Shown: positions 60,665 through 64,000 of the stretch, piece by piece
Layout of the letters: every line of letters begins with the position of its first letter
Numbering within the stretch: the stretch's first letter is position 1
NCBI GenBank assembly: GCA_001443375.1
Contig: LDXM01000014.1
Coordinates: 42-64,041, forward strand
DNA length: 64,000 nucleotides
Origin: Chloroflexi bacterium CSP1-4
Lineage (GTDB): Bacteria; Chloroflexota; Limnocylindria; Limnocylindrales; CSP1-4
Direction: 5' to 3'
Notes under the pieces: model-generated
Database searches by the model: none
Told to the model about the DNA's origin: nothing
Seen by the model: only the letters and a program-made list of their open reading frames with translations
Translations under genes and position numbers: made by a program

Positions 60665-60683
60665 CGTTCAGCCTCCCTTCGGC

Positions 60684-61511
60684 CTAGCTCTTGCGGTGCC
60701 GTGAGCGGACGATGCCGCCGCTCGACTTGGAGCGCCGCGTGCGCAGTCCCATGGCGGGCTTGCCCCACGGCGTCTTGGGCGGCATGCCGGTCGGGGACTT
60801 GCCCTCACCGCCGCCGTGCGGATGATCGCGCGGGTTCATGACCACGCCACGCACCTCGGGCCGCTGGCCCATGTGGCGCGCGCGGCCGGCCTTGCCCAGG
60901 TTCTGGTTCTCATGATCGAGGTTGCCCACCTGCCCGACGGTTGCCATGCAGCGCAGGCTGGCACGGCGCACCTCGCCCGAGGGCAGCCGCACCTGGGCGA
61001 AATCGCCCTCCTTGGCCAGGAGCTGCGCGGCGGCGCCCGCGGAGCGCACGATCTGGCCGCCCTTGCCGGGCACGAGCTCGATGTTGTGGATGGTCGTGCC
61101 GAGCGGGATGTTGGCCAGCGGCAGGGCGTTACCCACGCGCGCCTCGGCGCTTGGCCCCGCGACCACGACGTCGCCGACCTTCAGGCCGTTGGGTACGAGC
61201 ATGTAGCGCTTTTCGCCGTCTCGGTAATGCAGCAGGCCGATGCGCGCCGATCGGTTCGGGTCGTACTCGATCGTGGCCAGCCGCGCCGGCACGTCCCATT
61301 TGTCGCGCTTGAAGTCGATGATCCGGTAGTGCCGCTTCTCGCCGCCGCCACGATGGCGGACGGTGAGGCGGCCCTGCGCGTTGCGACCGCTGCCGCGCTT
61401 CTGCGGCTCGAGGAGCGGCTTGTGGGGCTGATCGGTGGTGATCTCCTCGAACGTCGAGCGGGTCATGAACCGCCGGCCCGGAGAGGTCGCCTTGTAACTG
61501 CGGAGCGGCAC
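60684..61511 (-). CDS. rplB: 50S ribosomal protein L2
   Basis: [39 protein letters not shown]. Confidence 0.97.
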   Translation of the reverse strand: MPLRSYKATSPGRRFMTRSTFEEITTDQPHKPLLEPQKRGSGRNAQGRLTVRHRGGGEKRHYRIIDFKRDKWDVPARLATIEYDPNRSARIGLLHYRDGEKRYMLVPNGLKVGDVVVAGPSAEARVGNALPLANIPLGTTIHNIELVPGKGGQIVRSAGAAAQLLAKEGDFAQVRLPSGEVRRASLRCMATVGQVGNLDHENQNLGKAGRARHMGQRPEVRGVVMNPRDHPHGGGEGKSPTGMPPKTPWGKPAMGLRTRRSKSSGGIVRSRHRKS

Positions 61512-61512
61512 G

Positions 61513-61815
61513 CTACACCCCCTCGAAGAATTCGATCTTGTCGCCGGGGGCGACGGTGACGACGGCCTTGCGCCAGGGCGTAGTCCGACCCTTGATGCGC
61601 ACCTTGCCGACACCGCGACGCTTCTCCTTCGACTTCGTCGTCAGCACGTTGACGCTGAGCACGGAGACCTTGAAGAGCTCCTCGACGGCGGCCTTGATCT
61701 GGAACTTGTTGGCGTCGTCGTGGACGGCGAAGGTGTACTTCGCGTGCTTCGTGTGGTCCATCGACTTCTCGCTGATGACCGGTCGCAGGATGATCTCGGA
61801 GGCGTGCAGCGTCAT
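61513..61815 (-). CDS. rplW: 50S ribosomal protein L23
   Basis: [31 protein letters not shown]. Confidence 0.95.
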   Translation of the reverse strand: MTLHASEIILRPVISEKSMDHTKHAKYTFAVHDDANKFQIKAAVEELFKVSVLSVNVLTTKSKEKRRGVGKVRIKGRTTPWRKAVVTVAPGDKIEFFEGV

Positions 61816-62435
61816 GCGTACACCTCCGTCATCGTCTCCAGCGCCGGCATCACGATGAGCAGCGTGTCCGCGTTCAGGACGTCGACGGTGTTGAGCGAAT
61901 CGGCCAGGATGATCTCGACCCGCGGCAGGTTGCTCGCGCAGCGCTCCAGCTTCTCGTCGCGCCCGGGGGCGACGACGAGCACCCGACCGGCTGCCCCGAG
62001 ATTGGCCAGGTAGCCCACGAGCTCGCGGGTCTTCATCTCGTCCATGGCCAGGTCCTCGACGACCTTCACGGCGCCGTCGGCGAACTTCGCCGAGAGCGCG
62101 CCGCGCAGGGCGAGGCGCTTCATGCGCCGGGGCACCTTCTGCTCGTAGCTGCGGGGGTGCGGGCCGAAGACGATGCCGCCGCCCTCGTAGTGCGGGGCGC
62201 GGATGGAGCCCTGGCGGGCGCGGCCGGTGCCCTTCTGCTTGTACGGCTTCCGGCCGCCGCCCGCGACCTCGCCGCGCGTCTTCGTGTCGTGCGTCCCGAG
62301 GTGGCGGCCGGCCAGCTGCGCATTCACGACCTGGTGCATCACGGCGGTGTTCACCGGCGCCGCGAAGAGCCCGTCGGGCAGCTCGATCGTACCGACCTCG
62401 GCGCCCGTCTTGCGATAGAGGGTCGTGCTGGCCAT
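61812..62435 (-). CDS. rplD: 50S ribosomal protein L4
   Basis: TKTRGEVAGGGRKPYKQKGTGRARQGS, GGGIVFGP. Confidence 0.96.
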   Translation of the reverse strand: MASTTLYRKTGAEVGTIELPDGLFAAPVNTAVMHQVVNAQLAGRHLGTHDTKTRGEVAGGGRKPYKQKGTGRARQGSIRAPHYEGGGIVFGPHPRSYEQKVPRRMKRLALRGALSAKFADGAVKVVEDLAMDEMKTRELVGYLANLGAAGRVLVVAPGRDEKLERCASNLPRVEIILADSLNTVDVLNADTLLIVMPALETMTEVYA

Positions 62436-62437
62436 GA

Positions 62438-63049
62438 CTATGCCCTCCTGACCAGGACAAGGGCGTTCCGGGCGCCGGGGACGGAGCCCTTGACGAGGAG
62501 CAGGTTGCGCTCCGCGTCGGTGCGCACGACGGTCAGCTTCCTGATCGTGCGCCGCTCGTCGCCCATGTGGCCGGCCATGGCCAGGCCGCGGTAGACGCGG
62601 CCGGGCGTGGTCCCGGCGCCGATGGATCCCGGCTGCCGATGCGAGTCGGAACCGTGGGTCTCGGGGCCGCGCTTGGCGTGGTGGCGTTTGATGGTGCCCG
62701 CGAAGCCCTTGCCCTTGGACACGCCGGTGATGTCGACCGTGTCGCCGGCGCTGAAGACCTCGTCGATCTTCAGCTCCTGGCCGACCTCGTAGCCGGAGGC
62801 ATCGTCGAGGCGGAACTCGCGCAGGTCGCGCACCCGGGGCAGGCCGCGGAGCTGGCCGGCGACCGGCTTCGTCTGGCGCCGCGCCGTCCCGGCGCCCAGC
62901 TGCACGGCGGTATAGCCGTCGCGCGCGGCGGTCCGCACGCGGGTCACGGTGTTCGGCTCGATGGCCACCACGGAAACGGCGACCATCGTGCCGTCCTCCG
63001 CGAAGACCTGGGTCATGCCGACCTTGCGGCCGATCAGTCCGATGCTCAT
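62438..63049 (-). CDS. rplC: 50S ribosomal protein L3
   Basis: [45 protein letters not shown]; alternative start 63058. Confidence 0.96.
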   Translation of the reverse strand: MSIGLIGRKVGMTQVFAEDGTMVAVSVVAIEPNTVTRVRTAARDGYTAVQLGAGTARRQTKPVAGQLRGLPRVRDLREFRLDDASGYEVGQELKIDEVFSAGDTVDITGVSKGKGFAGTIKRHHAKRGPETHGSDSHRQPGSIGAGTTPGRVYRGLAMAGHMGDERRTIRKLTVVRTDAERNLLLVKGSVPGARNALVLVRRA

Positions 63050-63054
63050 CCGCG

Positions 63055-63363
63055 TCACATCTTGATCTCGATGTCGACACCCGCTGCCAGCGAGAGTCGC
63101 ATCAGGGCGTCCACCGTCTTGGACGAGGGATCGAGGATGTCGATGAGCCGCTTGTGCGTGCGGATCTCGAATTGCTCCCGGCTGTCCTTGTCGATGAAGG
63201 GCGAGCGCAGGACGGTGAACTTCTCGATCCGCGTGGGCAGCGGCACGGGACCGACGACGTCGGCGCCGGTGCGCTGCGCCGTCTCGACGATCTGGAGCGC
63301 GGACTGGTCGAGGAGCCGGTGATCGTACGCCTTGAGGCGGATCCGGATCCGCTGCTTCGCCAC
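63055..63363 (-). CDS. rpsJ: 30S ribosomal protein S10
   Basis: [33 protein letters not shown]. Confidence 0.97.
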   Translation of the reverse strand: MAKQRIRIRLKAYDHRLLDQSALQIVETAQRTGADVVGPVPLPTRIEKFTVLRSPFIDKDSREQFEIRTHKRLIDILDPSSKTVDALMRLSLAAGVDIEIKM

Positions 63364-63366
63364 CGG

Positions 63367-63999
63367 CTACTCCTGGATGCTCGTGACGGCGCCCGCGCCG
63401 ACGGTGTGGCCGCCCTCGCGGATGGCGAAGCGCTGGCCGGTCTCGAGGGCGATCGGGGTGATCAGCTCGACGGTCATCTCGACGTTGTCGCCGGGCATGA
63501 CCATCTCGGTCCCGGCGGGCAGGCCGATGGAGCCGGTGACGTCGGTCGTGCGCAGGTAGAACTGCGGGCGGTAGCCGTTGTAGAAGGGGGTGTGGCGCCC
63601 GCCCTCCTCCTTGCTGAGGACGTAGACCTGGGCGCTGAAGCGCGTGTGCGGCTTGATCGAGCCGGGCTTGGCCATGACCTGGCCGCGCTCGATCTCCTCG
63701 CGCTCGATGCCCCGCAGCAGGCAGCCGATGTTGTCCCCGGCGCGGCCCTCGTCGAGGAGCTTCTTGAACATCTCGACGCCGGTCACGACGACCTTGCGCG
63801 TGGCCTTGACGCCGATGATCTCGGCCTCCTCGCCGACGCGGATGACGCCGCGCTCGACGCGCCCGGTGGCGACGGTGCCGCGGCCCTTGATGCCGAAGAC
63901 GTCCTCGACCGGCATGAGGAAGGGCTTGTCGACGGCGCGCTCGGGGGTCGGGATGTAGCTGTCGACCGCGTCGAGGAGCTCCTGGATGCAGCCGTAGGC
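63367..63999 (-). CDS. tuf: Elongation factor Tu, C-terminal part (5' end beyond window)
   Basis: [50 protein letters not shown]. Confidence 0.97.
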   Translation of the reverse strand, partial: AYGCIQELLDAVDSYIPTPERAVDKPFLMPVEDVFGIKGRGTVATGRVERGVIRVGEEAEIIGVKATRKVVVTGVEMFKKLLDEGRAGDNIGCLLRGIEREEIERGQVMAKPGSIKPHTRFSAQVYVLSKEEGGRHTPFYNGYRPQFYLRTTDVTGSIGLPAGTEMVMPGDNVEMTVELITPIALETGQRFAIREGGHTVGAGAVTSIQE

Positions 64000-64000
64000 C

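Overview
High-GC bacterial chromosome segment. The gene repertoire and order suggest Chloroflexota, possibly a Limnocylindria/Ellin6529-like lineage; this is inference, not tested. 1-8023 (+): tail of a redox/sulfur-relay operon with a CCG-domain Fe-S protein, EtfB, EtfA, a membrane NarI-like/Fe-S/CCG oxidoreductase, a winged-helix-like protein, a double Zn-finger protein, two GcvH-like lipoate-binding proteins (LbpA-type), a lipoate-protein ligase and a DsrE-family protein. It resembles the ETF/EMO-containing sHdr-LbpA sulfur-oxidation clusters. 8-22 kb: accessory/metabolic genes (prenyltransferase-fold protein, HAD hydrolase + ABC exporter, a ~150-nt rod-like palindromic element, ppdK, an ECF sigma with a membrane partner carrying two thioredoxin-like domains, Fpr-type reductase, NfnAB, GT87). 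22-46 kb (mostly -): housekeeping genes (glyQS, recO, polyprenyl synthase, CNNM/hemolysin, glmU, ridA, ispE, rsmA, tsaD-rimI-tsaB-tsaE preceded by an uncharacterised GlmL-like gene pair, macrodomain, alr with an apparent CTG start, nnrD, acpS, glmS, glmM, cdaR, cdaA, TPR protein, and a doubly deleted argF-like relic). 46.2-64 kb (-): rpsI-rplM, truA and the complete alpha/spc/S10 ribosomal superoperon up to a partial tuf. ppdK, the ECF sigma and glyQS each carry one small frameshift, most likely a sequencing error. No rRNA, tRNA, CRISPR array or transposase was recognised. All annotations come from motif recognition by eye; no database searches were run.
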